IMG/VR virus record: IMGVR_UViG_3300028920_000034
Span: 32,001-96,000 of that record
Strand: one strand, 5' to 3'
Length of the DNA: 64,000 bases
Origin: a virus
The translations under genes and the position numbers were made by a program. The notes beneath the pieces are model-generated. The model was not told the DNA's origin, did not search any database, and was given only the letters and a program-made list of their open reading frames with translations. The stretch's first letter is position 1, and each line of letters begins with the position of its first letter. Positions 1 through 8,643 of this stretch are shown piece after piece.

Positions 1-450
1 GCCCATGTCCACTGGCGGAGGTGGCTCGCTTGGCACCTCCTTGGACACCTTTACATCCTTTCGCTTGGGGATGCGACCGTCATCGTCCAGGCTGCACACG
101 GCAATGGCCTCTTCGGTGAACCGGTGTGGCTCATCAGCACGCCCGTACACGTTCCACATGGGAATAATCCAGTACACCTGGCTCGTGCCAACGCGCCTGG
201 TGGTGCTCACCAGGCCCACCCGGCGGAGCTCCTGTAGGTGGGCCGTGATCCGCCGCGGAGACTTGCCGCGGTCCCTGGCGATCCGATCCAGCCCAGGCCA
301 ACACCGCTGCTCCTGGCGAGCAAAGGACACCAGGGTCGCGTAGGTGCGGAGAGCACCATCGGACAGCCGGGAATCCCGTAGCACCGCTACCGGGAGCTGC
401 ACAAAGCCCAGCGCGGAAACCTGGTCAACAAATTGCACCTGTTCTGTCAT
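1..450 (-). CDS. Helix-turn-helix (HTH_36-like) phage replication-initiator-like protein, runs off the left edge of the window
   Basis: Not in the ORF track; translated by hand from ATG at 450 (ATGA overlap with the upstream stop): MTEQVQFVDQVSALGFVQLPVAVLRDSRLSDGALRTYATLVSFARQEQRCWPGLDRIARDRGKSPRRITAHLQELRRVGLV. The 'F..LP...L.D..LS..A...Y..L.....CWP....IA...G.S...I...L.EL...GL' pattern is typical of wHTH replication proteins. Confidence 0.75.
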   Translation of the reverse strand, partial: MTEQVQFVDQVSALGFVQLPVAVLRDSRLSDGALRTYATLVSFARQEQRCWPGLDRIARDRGKSPRRITAHLQELRRVGLVSTTRRVGTSQVYWIIPMWNVYGRADEPHRFTEEAIAVCSLDDDGRIPKRKDVKVSKEVPSEPPPPVDMG

Positions 451-806
451 CGGCCTTCCCCCCGCTTTCCGTACATATCGTGCATGAGCTGTTTCTGGGT
501 CTTCTGGGCCCGCTCGAATTCAGTGTTCTGCCGATCTGCGTTCGCCCGAACCTTGGCGCGCACGGCCACCGCGCACCTGACGCAGTAGCGCACCTGGAAC
601 TTCTTGGAGCCCTTTTTCCCTGGGTTCACGATGAACGTCACCAGCTCGGCCCGACGCAGCGACACCTGGGATTCGCACAGGCCGCACGTGATGGACGCGC
701 CGCGGAGCGCCTGGGCGCACTCTCCGCACCGATGCTTCCAGCTCTCCTTGTCGCCGTGGATCTGGAACTTGTGGCCGCACGTATCGCACTTGCGATACTG
801 CTTCAC
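447..806 (-). CDS. Zn-finger protein with four CxxC motifs
   Basis: C-terminal part of ORF 447..1100 (CDTC, CGEC, CGLC, CVRC). GTG at 806 has a G-rich RBS. The start is uncertain; ATG 1040 is the alternative. Confidence 0.55.
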   Translation of the reverse strand: MKQYRKCDTCGHKFQIHGDKESWKHRCGECAQALRGASITCGLCESQVSLRRAELVTFIVNPGKKGSKKFQVRYCVRCAVAVRAKVRANADRQNTEFERAQKTQKQLMHDMYGKRGEGR

Positions 807-826
807 CTTCCCCCTACCACTGGAGC

Positions 827-1018
827 CTACCCCTCGAGTAGCAGCTCCTTGCCGTTCATCTGATGCGCGTCCGCCTGGCGCTCCAGAACCGGCTCCTCCA
901 CGCACACCTGACACACCCAGTTGACTTTCTGGGCTTCCGTCAGCATCCCCGCCTTGATCGTCTTGGCGCTGTGGCACTTGGAACAGATCACCGTTTCGGT
1001 CTTGGACTCGAGCATCAT
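827..1018 (-). CDS. Small Zn-ribbon protein
   Basis: 63 aa with CSKC...CQVC; GAGAGGAAG lies upstream of the ATG. Confidence 0.55.
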   Translation of the reverse strand: MMLESKTETVICSKCHSAKTIKAGMLTEAQKVNWVCQVCVEEPVLERQADAHQMNGKELLLEG

Positions 1019-1039
1019 TGCTTCCTCTCTTGGGGGCCA

Positions 1040-1522
1040 TCAGTGTGCCCCCGTGGTCTGAATCAGTTGTCCGCACACCGAGCACCGAGCACCAGCCCAT
1101 CTCTCAGGCCAATGCAGTGGCCGGGGCTCACCGTCCGGTCCGCGTACATACGCTATCCCGTCCGCCGCCTCGAAGTCATCACGGTACGCCCTGAGACCAG
1201 CGAGCCAGACGCGGTATTCGTCCCGATTGTACCGCATCTCAGGGCACCCACAATGGTAGTACCCCTGGAGCCGTGGCATAGGGGGCTCGGGCTCCTCTGG
1301 CTGGCGCTCCACGGGTGGACGCGGAGCGTACAGTGCGTCCGCGTCAGCCAGATCACGATCCAGCACCTGGGTTCCCCGGTGGGGGTAATCGATCAGGAAG
1401 CCATCATCCGGCGCCTCCATCCTCACTGTCCGTCCCTCCACCGTCACCGGAACCATCTCCCCCTTGGAGAATCTCAGCACCTTCGATCTCATCTTCGGCC
1501 ACTTCTCCCATGCGTCCGTCAT
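1040..1522 (-). CDS. Hypothetical protein with C-terminal Cys motifs
   Basis: 160 aa ORF with HCGC...CSVC, in a tightly packed minus-strand run. Confidence 0.55.
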   Translation of the reverse strand: MTDAWEKWPKMRSKVLRFSKGEMVPVTVEGRTVRMEAPDDGFLIDYPHRGTQVLDRDLADADALYAPRPPVERQPEEPEPPMPRLQGYYHCGCPEMRYNRDEYRVWLAGLRAYRDDFEAADGIAYVRGPDGEPRPLHWPERWAGARCSVCGQLIQTTGAH

Positions 1523-1865
1523 GCTCGAACTCCATTGTCCCGCCGGCCTCGGTGTACTGGCGTTGCCACTCCTCGAGGGCTTGCCCTATGGTGGTGAGGA
1601 TCAGCCCGCTCAGATGGTCAAATTGCTTCGCTCGCGCCCGCGCGCTTCGCGCCCGCTTGCGATAGGTTTCGATCCCCTGGCCTTCGGTGGCCACCTCGTC
1701 CAGGATCACCTGGGCGAGCTCAGGCCACTGGTAGGAGCACGATCCGCAGTTGTCCCCCACGCCGAAGTACATGCAACGGATCGGCTTCCCCTTAGCTTTC
1801 CACGCTGCCACTATCGGGCAGTCCCGCATCAGGAGCTGCACCACTCTTTCCCTGGTCTCGCTCAC
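1404..1865 (-). CDS. Hypothetical protein
   Basis: GTG at 1865 follows GAGGGAG; Cys cluster (C...C...CGSC). Confidence 0.45.
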   Translation of the reverse strand: MSETRERVVQLLMRDCPIVAAWKAKGKPIRCMYFGVGDNCGSCSYQWPELAQVILDEVATEGQGIETYRKRARSARARAKQFDHLSGLILTTIGQALEEWQRQYTEAGGTMEFEHDGRMGEVAEDEIEGAEILQGGDGSGDGGGTDSEDGGAG

Positions 1866-2151
1866 GTCTCCCTCGCTTGCGCGCCGCAGCCCTGTCCAGC
1901 ACCCCCAGCATTGCCTGGCGCGTCTTTTCAGGCACCCCATCCGTCTGGACGGGGAACAGATCATCCTGGTGGTCAAAGCACGGGGTCATCTGCACGGTCA
2001 CCCCGTCGAATGACACCCCCTCGCATCCGCAGATCCACCGGTACTCCCTCGGTGAACCCTTGGGTGGCCATCTGGTCCCCAAGGTCGCATCCGCGTAGCA
2101 GCCATCCCAGAATCCCAGGATGGCGTTCACATCACTCAGCCGGTGCGCCAC
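1792..2151 (-). CDS. Hypothetical protein
   Basis: 119 aa ORF overlapping its neighbours in an operon-like arrangement. Confidence 0.4.
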   Translation of the reverse strand: MAHRLSDVNAILGFWDGCYADATLGTRWPPKGSPREYRWICGCEGVSFDGVTVQMTPCFDHQDDLFPVQTDGVPEKTRQAMLGVLDRAAARKRGRRERDQGKSGAAPDAGLPDSGSVES

Positions 2152-3106
2152 CGTCCCCTCCGTCTGGCGGAGGCTGCATCATCCCCATGATCGCCATCTT
2201 CGCCGCCATGATCAGGTGCTCTGGCTTATCGGGGCGCTTGGCGAGGATCTCCTCCTCTGGCACCCCCGCGTCCTTGAGCATCCCATCGAAATCGAACATC
2301 GTGGCCGCCAGGCGCTTCCGCACTATGTCCGGGAGCTGGAACGCCTTGATCGCGTACAGCACCTCCTGGTGCTCCTGGCTCATCCGGAGGTACTCGCGCA
2401 CCACGTGATTGCGAAGCCACTTCTGCACCGTGAAGCCGGCCGGCTTGATCGCCTCCGGCATACACTCCTCGCAGGTCTCCAGTGGACACGAAAAGCGCCA
2501 CGTGGCTGGCTGCCCCTCCTTGGCTGGGCTGCCCACCCGCGCCATCGGGAAGAACTGGCACAGAATGGGCGCCACCTCTCCCAGACCACACGTGAACCTG
2601 GGCTTTCCGTTCACCGTCCAGAAGCCTGGCCCGGGGAGCTTGCCGGCGAGGAGGGCTTGCGCCTCGAGCTCGCCCACCTGGTCGTCATCCCACTGGACAA
2701 AGGGGCAATGCTCTGCCGCCCCCTCCTGGCCACGATACGGCTGGGGCATGATCATGCAGAGGGGCATCCGCTTCTGCTCGCCCACCCCCATGGTCACCAG
2801 CCCTTTTTCCCAGAGCTCCCAGGTAAATCGCACGCCCCACTTGCGGAGCGGACTCTTGCGGGCGGAGACCATCCGCCACACATCGAACGGCGTGAGGTTC
2901 ACCCAGCCGTTCCAACAGCACCTCCCGGCCAGGTTGCACTGGTGAGGCACTTCAGTCTTGGGCCCAAGGAACCCCTTGGGCCGCTTGTCCACAGGACCGA
3001 TCTTGCGGCGCTTCAAACGGAACGGCCGCTTCGCTTTCTTCTTACCTGTGGCCGCCTTTGCCGCGGGCCTCACGGGCTTCTTTCTGGGCTTGCGTTGCTT
3101 CGCCAT
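2132..3106 (-). CDS. YkgJ-family (CxxCxxCC-type) Cys-cluster / putative Fe-S or Zn-binding protein
   Basis: CNLAGRCC...LTPFDVWRM...CPFV...CGL...PILCQFFPM...CEEC matches the YkgJ pattern; Lys/Arg-rich N-terminus. Start uncertain (3106 or 3115). Confidence 0.65.
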   Translation of the reverse strand: MAKQRKPRKKPVRPAAKAATGKKKAKRPFRLKRRKIGPVDKRPKGFLGPKTEVPHQCNLAGRCCWNGWVNLTPFDVWRMVSARKSPLRKWGVRFTWELWEKGLVTMGVGEQKRMPLCMIMPQPYRGQEGAAEHCPFVQWDDDQVGELEAQALLAGKLPGPGFWTVNGKPRFTCGLGEVAPILCQFFPMARVGSPAKEGQPATWRFSCPLETCEECMPEAIKPAGFTVQKWLRNHVVREYLRMSQEHQEVLYAIKAFQLPDIVRKRLAATMFDFDGMLKDAGVPEEEILAKRPDKPEHLIMAAKMAIMGMMQPPPDGGDGGAPAE

Positions 3107-3263
3107 CTTGCTCATCCAGGTAGCATTCCATGTGGTAGTACATCGAACCGAGCGGAGTCTCTGACCGGCCACGGTGGGCGATCACGATCACCTCCACGCA
3201 GTCGTCCATGCTAACCGCCTTGTCGCAGATCCCGCACTTCGGCCCCATCGTCTGCACGCTCAT
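3042..3263 (-). CDS. Small putative Zn-binding protein
   Basis: 73 aa with CGIC...HMEC. Confidence 0.45.
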   Translation of the reverse strand: MSVQTMGPKCGICDKAVSMDDCVEVIVIAHRGRSETPLGSMYYHMECYLDEQDGEATQAQKEAREARGKGGHR

Positions 3264-4620
3264 CCAGCCACTCCATCCCGAAGCGTTCCAGCACCACCCT
3301 CATGCAGCGCACCCACAGGTGCTCCGCCACGCTGATGTGCGCGTGGGTGCCGTCTCCGGCTTCGGTCAAATCATGGGCCAGCTCATGGAGGTAGGTCCCC
3401 AGGAACTCTGGCACGTCCGTGAGCACGCGGCGTGAAACACCAACGCGGCGCGTCTTGCGCTCCCACGTACCCAGTATCTGATCGTCCGTGTACTCCACCA
3501 CGTCCAGCCCGGCGAGGAGCTCCTGGTAGCCCCGGCTCCACCCGAGCCCGTCCATGGCGAGCTCCACCAGGCGCACTCCCCTGAGCACCACCTGGCGCTC
3601 GAGCTCGGTGAGCTCGGCTGTGGCCACCACAACCTTGTCCGCCTTGGCCACGTTGTTGAGCATCGCGTAGAACGGCCCGTAGTGGGCCTCGAGTACCTGG
3701 GCCGCGGACTTGGACACCCGCACGGGCTTGCGACCCAGGTGTTCGATCTTCTGCATCTGGTGGTCATCGGCCGCCGGAAGGGCATCTTCGCCATGCTCCG
3801 CCTGGAACACATCTGCCACGGCCTTGGCCACCCGCGGGTTGGGGTGGCGCTGTAGGTGGCTCCCGAGTCCGGCCACGTCCGGCTTCTCGGACTTGAGCAT
3901 CTCCCACGCGGCGCGCCCGTTGCGACCGGGCGACTGGCTGATGGCGGTTTCCCACAGGATGGCCGCTTCCCAGCGCACGTCAAAGCTGTTCACGAGCATC
4001 CGGTCCAGGTCCACCCGCGCGTCTTGGAAATCGTAGCCGTGCTGTAGGTCCTCCACCTTGGACACGAAGATCCCCTTGACGTACACGCACCCGCGCCTGT
4101 CCGCATCGAAGATGATTCGACCGGACTCGCCCGGGGTGGTCTCGTCCGCCGGCTGGAGCTCAAGGAAGCGCCACTGGAGCTCGGCCCATTGATCCTCGGT
4201 GATCCGAAGGTGGACTTCCGTGCCGGCGCGGTCCCGCACCTGGCGCGTGAACACCGCGAGAACCTCGTCTGCGAATGATGCGCTCTGGACCAGCTTCGGG
4301 GTCCACCGCTCCGCGCCCGTGTAGACCACCACGTCCAGCCCGGCCCGGGTGGCCACCAGGAGCCCCATGTCGAGCCCCTCGCCCCACTGGCCGCGTGCGT
4401 CCGCGTCCGTCGCCTTCGTGGTGAACCCGAGGAGGAGCGCCTCGCGCGGGAGAGCCACCTCTTCGTTGCGAAGCACCAGCCAGTCGCCGTCCCGGCGCAT
4501 GGACTTCGTGAACCCCTTGTCGTCCCCGTCCAGCCAGTTTTGAATGAACTCCCGGACTGCCTCCGGAATCCCCCAGTGGGGTCGGTATGTCCGCTTTAAC
4601 GTCAGCTCAATCTTCGCCAT
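3211..4620 (-). CDS. GHKL/HATPase-like ATPase fused to a C-terminal HExxH metallopeptidase-like domain
   Basis: N-box REFIQNWLD, G-box GQWGEGL and C-terminal YLHELAH...H; ATG 4620 has a GAGGAG RBS. Confidence 0.7.
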   Translation of the reverse strand: MAKIELTLKRTYRPHWGIPEAVREFIQNWLDGDDKGFTKSMRRDGDWLVLRNEEVALPREALLLGFTTKATDADARGQWGEGLDMGLLVATRAGLDVVVYTGAERWTPKLVQSASFADEVLAVFTRQVRDRAGTEVHLRITEDQWAELQWRFLELQPADETTPGESGRIIFDADRRGCVYVKGIFVSKVEDLQHGYDFQDARVDLDRMLVNSFDVRWEAAILWETAISQSPGRNGRAAWEMLKSEKPDVAGLGSHLQRHPNPRVAKAVADVFQAEHGEDALPAADDHQMQKIEHLGRKPVRVSKSAAQVLEAHYGPFYAMLNNVAKADKVVVATAELTELERQVVLRGVRLVELAMDGLGWSRGYQELLAGLDVVEYTDDQILGTWERKTRRVGVSRRVLTDVPEFLGTYLHELAHDLTEAGDGTHAHISVAEHLWVRCMRVVLERFGMEWLDERADDGAEVRDLRQGG

Positions 4621-4663
4621 TTGACTCTCCTCGTGAGTTAGAAAGGCTTGCCAGGAGTCCAGA

Positions 4664-4691
4664 AGTATCACAGGGCAAAACGGCCGGTCAA
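4664..4691 (-). promoter_or_regulatory. Possible sigma70-type promoter
   Basis: Minus strand TTGACC-16 nt-GATACT with TG upstream of the -10, just 5' of gene 3211..4620. Confidence 0.35.
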
Positions 4692-4835
4692 CTTCTTTCA
4701 GCCCAAAACTCGGTGGTCAATTTTCGTGCCAGGTGAGCCGCCGTCAGAGAGCTGCCTTCGGAACACCTGGCAGCCGGGGCGCCCGAGCCCCGCTCTGCTT
4801 CTCTGCATCTTTTTCTCTGCATATACTTCTATATA

Positions 4836-4923
4836 GGTCAGGACGTTTTCGTCCTGACCATGTAGACGTTTTCGTCCTGACCATGTAGACGAAAACGTCC
4901 TGACCATGTAGACGAAAACGTCC
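4836..4923. repeat. Iteron-like 23-bp tandem array beside an AT-rich tract; probable replication origin
   Basis: GACG(TTTT/AAAA)CGTCCTGACCATGTA units start at 4842, 4865, 4888 and 4911 (partial). Perfect IR GGTCAGGACG-TTTT-CGTCCTGACC at 4836-4859. AT-rich tract at about 4808-4835. Confidence 0.7.
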
Positions 4924-4975
4924 ACATGGGCAAAAACGGACCACCAGATGTAGTGGTTTCAGTCCACCAGGGACA

Positions 4976-5689
4976 CTACATGGGGATGGCGGAAGCGCCG
5001 CAGATCCGACTTGTGGATTCTTGCACTAATTCTGGATTCAGGTCAGATCCAAGGAACCGGCGCCCGAGCTTCACGGCTGCCTGGCCCGATGCCCCAGAGC
5101 CCAGGAAGGGGTCCACCACCAGCTCGCCGGGCCTGGTGCTTTGTCGGACCAGCACCTCCATGAGCTCCACGGGCTTTTCCGCGGGGATCCCCCGCCAGAC
5201 CCGTTTCACCCGGAGTACATCCGGGACCCCCAGGTCATTCAGCTTGCGCTTGCCCAGCTCGAGGAAGGCGATCAGCTCATGGGTGGCGCGGTAGTGGTAG
5301 CCCATCCCGATGGCCACCTTGTCCCACACCAGCGCCTTCCACCACGTGAACCCGGCCGCCTCTGCCGCGGGGCGCAAGGCGAACATGGTCTCCTGGTCCA
5401 CGAAGATGTAGCAGTGCCGGTTGCGCTTCAAGACGCGCCTGAGCTCCGCCAGGAGCTCTGGGAACCGTGCGTTGGGGAACGTCTTGAACCAGGCGTTGGA
5501 GCTCGCCTTGGACACCTTCAGGCGCGTGGTGGTGCCTTTCTTGCGATGCTTCTCAAGGGACTCGTATGGCGGGTCCGTGATCACCAGGTCCACCGAGGCG
5601 TCCGGGAGCTGGCGGAGGAACGTCACGGCGTCACTGCACACCACGTCCCACGCGCACCAGAGGGGGGAGGATTCCAATCGTTCAATCAT
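4976..5689 (-). CDS. DNA methyltransferase, N4-cytosine/N6-adenine, beta class
   Basis: Catalytic ITDPPY precedes the SAM-binding DPFLGSG; also has EKPVELM. ATG 5689 has a GGAGG RBS. Confidence 0.9.
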   Translation of the reverse strand: MIERLESSPLWCAWDVVCSDAVTFLRQLPDASVDLVITDPPYESLEKHRKKGTTTRLKVSKASSNAWFKTFPNARFPELLAELRRVLKRNRHCYIFVDQETMFALRPAAEAAGFTWWKALVWDKVAIGMGYHYRATHELIAFLELGKRKLNDLGVPDVLRVKRVWRGIPAEKPVELMEVLVRQSTRPGELVVDPFLGSGASGQAAVKLGRRFLGSDLNPELVQESTSRICGASAIPM

Positions 5690-5838
5690 CGTGGCCTCCA
5701 AAAAGTCGAATCCCCGCTGCTATTGCAGACGGGGATTCATGCCTGGCCGGGGAGCTTCTCGCAGAGGAGACTGGAGAGCCTGGCAAGCCTTCCAGCGCCC
5801 CTCCAGGCGCGCACCCGTCAACGTAGCAGACAAAGGGC

Positions 5839-6585
5839 TCACAGGTCAAACAGGCTGGGTTGGTTGCCAGCTTGCTCGGGGAGCTCCTGGATTTTCTTGC
5901 CCCCGAGGAGCTGGTCCTTGTAGCCCATGATCCCGGCTGCATCGCCGTGCTGCTTGAAAAAGAACGGCACGCCAGCCGCACGGGCTTGGCGTAGCAGGTC
6001 CAGGGCCCATGCCTCGTCCATGGGGCGCACCCTGTTCCCTCGCTCCCCGCCCACGATCACCCAGTCGATGCCCGTGAAATCGAAGGGGCCGATTTCGGCC
6101 ACCAGGGGCTCGAAGGAGACGAATCGGAGCCGCGCCTCGGTGTCCAGGAGCTCAGGGATGCGCCGCTTCACGTACCGGGGATGCTCCACGGTCACGCCAG
6201 CCCAGATGTTGCTCGGCCAGCCGATCTTGTTGCCGAGCTCGCGCATCCGCTCCGCTCGCTTCGTGAGCACCTGGTAGGTGTGCCGCGGAGTCCGCCGCAT
6301 GATGGCGAACACGCGCTCCAGGTACTCGAATGGCACCTCCTCGTGGAACAGATCGCTCATGCTGCACACGAAGATCAACCGGCTCGTTTTCCACCCCAGG
6401 GGCTCCTCGAGCACATCCGGGTGGATCGTCGGCTTGAACCCGTACCTGTAGCGCGCCTTGCCGTCCCGCTGGAACTGCTCGGCCATCCGCTTCGCGTAGC
6501 AGTTTCGGCACCCCGTGGAGACCATCGAACACCCGGTCACAGGGGACCAGGTGTAGTCCGTCCACTCAATCGCAGAGCGACCCAT
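5839..6585 (-). CDS. Phage Gp37/Gp68 family (DUF5131) radical-SAM-like protein
   Basis: MGRSAIEWTDYTWSPVTGCSMVSTGCRNCYA, SMSDLFH, YQVLTKR, SFEPL, WVIVGGE, FFFKQ; GGAGG RBS. Confidence 0.9.
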   Translation of the reverse strand: MGRSAIEWTDYTWSPVTGCSMVSTGCRNCYAKRMAEQFQRDGKARYRYGFKPTIHPDVLEEPLGWKTSRLIFVCSMSDLFHEEVPFEYLERVFAIMRRTPRHTYQVLTKRAERMRELGNKIGWPSNIWAGVTVEHPRYVKRRIPELLDTEARLRFVSFEPLVAEIGPFDFTGIDWVIVGGERGNRVRPMDEAWALDLLRQARAAGVPFFFKQHGDAAGIMGYKDQLLGGKKIQELPEQAGNQPSLFDL

Positions 6586-6696
6586 CACGTACCTCCAATC
6601 GTGTCGCTGGACAAAAAAAAGGACTGGCCAGGGGGGGGTGTTGGGGGGCTGCCCGACCAGTCCGAGGGAGCCGTGACGAAACACAGCGTTGCGGAC

Positions 6697-6725
6697 AGGG
6701 TACTTTGGCCAGATCTGACTGTCAA
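6697..6725 (-). promoter_or_regulatory. sigma70-type promoter for the non-structural block
   Basis: Minus strand TTGACA-17 nt-TACCCT upstream of the DUF5131 gene. Confidence 0.55.
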
Positions 6726-7009
6726 CACTATCTCCTCCCGGGCAAAAGGTGGCGGATTCAATGCCTCCGCCGGGGCCGGTTTCTCAAGCTGCCCTCCGGC
6801 CCAGCCTTGCAGCCATCACAGGGGAGCGAGCTACCTCGCGGCTTGGACCCGGGGATGGGGGAGGGCCATGGCAACCGAACTGACCACCGAGGCATCGCAG
6901 GAACCGCCCCCGCGTCCGCTGTCGGGCAGCCGCTACCACCCGAGCTTCTACAGTTACCCTACCAGGGCACCCGACACAAGAGGGATAAGGGAAAGTAAGG
7001 GAAAGGCTG

Positions 7010-7513
7010 CTACTTCTTGAGCTCGTTGACGCCCCACACCGCGAGGCCCCCGAGCCCGAGCGTGAGGATGGTGCCGATCACGATGCCCACGGTGAGCTTG
7101 TGCCGGTTCCACCAGGAGTCTTGGGCCTTGCGAAGCCTGGCGATCTCCTTGTCGGCCGCCGCGAGCTGCTCATCTGCCGCCCGAAGGGCCACACCGGTGA
7201 AGCGCCGGTTGATCGTCGCAATATCGTACAGCTCATCGTAGGAGATTCGGAGCCGGGCCGCTTTCTTCGCCCGGTCCTCGGTGAGGAGGATGCCATCGAA
7301 GGGCACCTGGTCCCCCTTGCGGACAGCCACCACCGTGCCGGTCTTTTTGGCCGGCTTCTCCACCCGGGCCGGGAGCTTGGACAGCTCCTGGGCTTTCTCG
7401 AAGATGGGCGCCCGCTTGGCCGTCTGCACCTGGGGGGCGCACGCCCAGGTGGTCATCGTGAGCATCGTGGTCACCAGGATCAAGGCAATCCCGCGCCGTT
7501 CAGTCCCTGTCAT
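7010..7513 (-). CDS. Putative lipoprotein with C-terminal TM helix (u-spanin-like topology)
   Basis: Signal-like RRGIALILVTTMLTMTTWA-C, coiled coil, and C-terminal LTVGIVIGTILTLGLGGLAVWGV followed by NELKK. Confidence 0.55.
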   Translation of the reverse strand: MTGTERRGIALILVTTMLTMTTWACAPQVQTAKRAPIFEKAQELSKLPARVEKPAKKTGTVVAVRKGDQVPFDGILLTEDRAKKAARLRISYDELYDIATINRRFTGVALRAADEQLAAADKEIARLRKAQDSWWNRHKLTVGIVIGTILTLGLGGLAVWGVNELKK

Positions 7514-7922
7514 CGTGGCCTCCGTTTCCCGGCCGCGTGAGGCGCACTGCCGCCACCGCGCCCCCGCGCCCGCGCTCGAGCTCCTCCTCGGAACTCAGGG
7601 GTCGAAAGGGCCGATCTTGGCCCTGTTCCAGTAGCACCTCGCCCAGGCCGCCCAGGAGCCCCGTGGACGGCGCCCCAGAGGGCTCCACCTCCTGCGTGGC
7701 GACGTTGATCGTCCACTCGCGGGGGTCGAGCCCACGGGCCTGTAGGATGGCCGCTATGGCGTGCTGGCGCGCCTCGGTGGTGGCCTTCACCCGGGCCACC
7801 AGCTCGGCCCTGGTGCCCTGGTAGGCCACCTCGTGGTCCGCGAGGGCCACCTTTGCCTCGAGCTGGGCCTGTTGGGCCGCCAGGGCGAGCTCAAGCTCCG
7901 CTTCGGTGAGGGTCTGGTTCAT
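7500..7922 (-). CDS. Hypothetical coiled-coil protein
   Basis: 140 aa; ATGA overlap with the upstream gene. Confidence 0.6.
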   Translation of the reverse strand: MNQTLTEAELELALAAQQAQLEAKVALADHEVAYQGTRAELVARVKATTEARQHAIAAILQARGLDPREWTINVATQEVEPSGAPSTGLLGGLGEVLLEQGQDRPFRPLSSEEELERGRGGAVAAVRLTRPGNGGHDDRD

Positions 7923-8332
7923 GGGGTCTCCGCGAGGGTGGCCGGTTGCTGGACGTTGAACCGGAACGGGTCCTTGAGCTGGAGCTTCCGCCCGGTGGGG
8001 AGCTGGATCACTGCATCCGACACGTAGCCGCCAGCGTCCAGGTCCACGGTGTCCGCGGGCAGGACGTAGACTTCGATGATCCTGGCCACGCCGTCCACCA
8101 CCTTGGCCTGGGAATCGTCGCCCCCGGTGATGCCAGTGGACTTCTTGGTGATCACCGCTTCGCTGTCGGTATCGGTCACCTCTTTTTTCACAGAGAACCA
8201 GATCAAGGCGCCCGTAATGTCACCCACGTCCTCATTGGTGATGGTGAACCGAATGGTGCGGTCCCGGTTCTTGTAGAGGTTGACCACATCCGAGCACACG
8301 CAATCGGGCTGGAAAAACGGGGAGTCAGCCAT
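7919..8332 (-). CDS. BppU-N-like beta-sandwich virion protein
   Basis: TIRFTIT...DITGALIWFSVKK...IEVYVLPADT..L..G.Y..DAVI pattern. Confidence 0.6.
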   Translation of the reverse strand: MADSPFFQPDCVCSDVVNLYKNRDRTIRFTITNEDVGDITGALIWFSVKKEVTDTDSEAVITKKSTGITGGDDSQAKVVDGVARIIEVYVLPADTVDLDAGGYVSDAVIQLPTGRKLQLKDPFRFNVQQPATLAETP

Positions 8333-8643
8333 CAGTCACACTCCATTTTCACGGTGATGCCAGAGTCCTCTACCACCACGCCGGTCTCGGTGTCGAGCAC
8401 CTCCACCTCCACGGTGATCTCACCAATGTCCTCGAGCTGCACCTGCATGGTCTCCGGCTCCACTTCCACCATTTCCACCAGGAGCTCGCTCACCCCTTCC
8501 ACGTCCGTGTCGAGCTCGGTGAACTGCTCCCTGGTGATGGCCGCCTGGGGCCAGATCTTCCCGAGGGTGGACAGGGAAATCCCGACCACCACGCACACGG
8601 CGAGGAGCTCGAGGAGACCGGTCTGGGCGATGAAGGCGATCAT
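8332..8643 (-). CDS. Hypothetical acidic virion-associated protein
   Basis: ATG 8643 overlaps the upstream stop; Val/Glu-rich beta-like C-terminus. Confidence 0.5.
   Translation of the reverse strand: MIAFIAQTGLLELLAVCVVVGISLSTLGKIWPQAAITREQFTELDTDVEGVSELLVEMVEVEPETMQVQLEDIGEITVEVEVLDTETGVVVEDSGITVKMECD

Noticed and set aside
4717-4732. Additional sigma54 site TGGCAC-GAAAA-TTGA on the minus strand
   Set aside because: The -12 GC is replaced by GA and the rest of the repeat is absent; too weak to call.
4836-4923. CRISPR mini-array
   Set aside because: Units are contiguous with identical linkers; there are no unique spacers and no cas genes.
4698-4944. Short ORFs across the iteron array
   Set aside because: Translations simply reflect the DNA repeat; no RBS or domain.
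6600-6960. tRNA or known ncRNA in the largest intergenic gap
   Set aside because: I could not identify a cloverleaf, T-loop or other recognisable RNA family motif.
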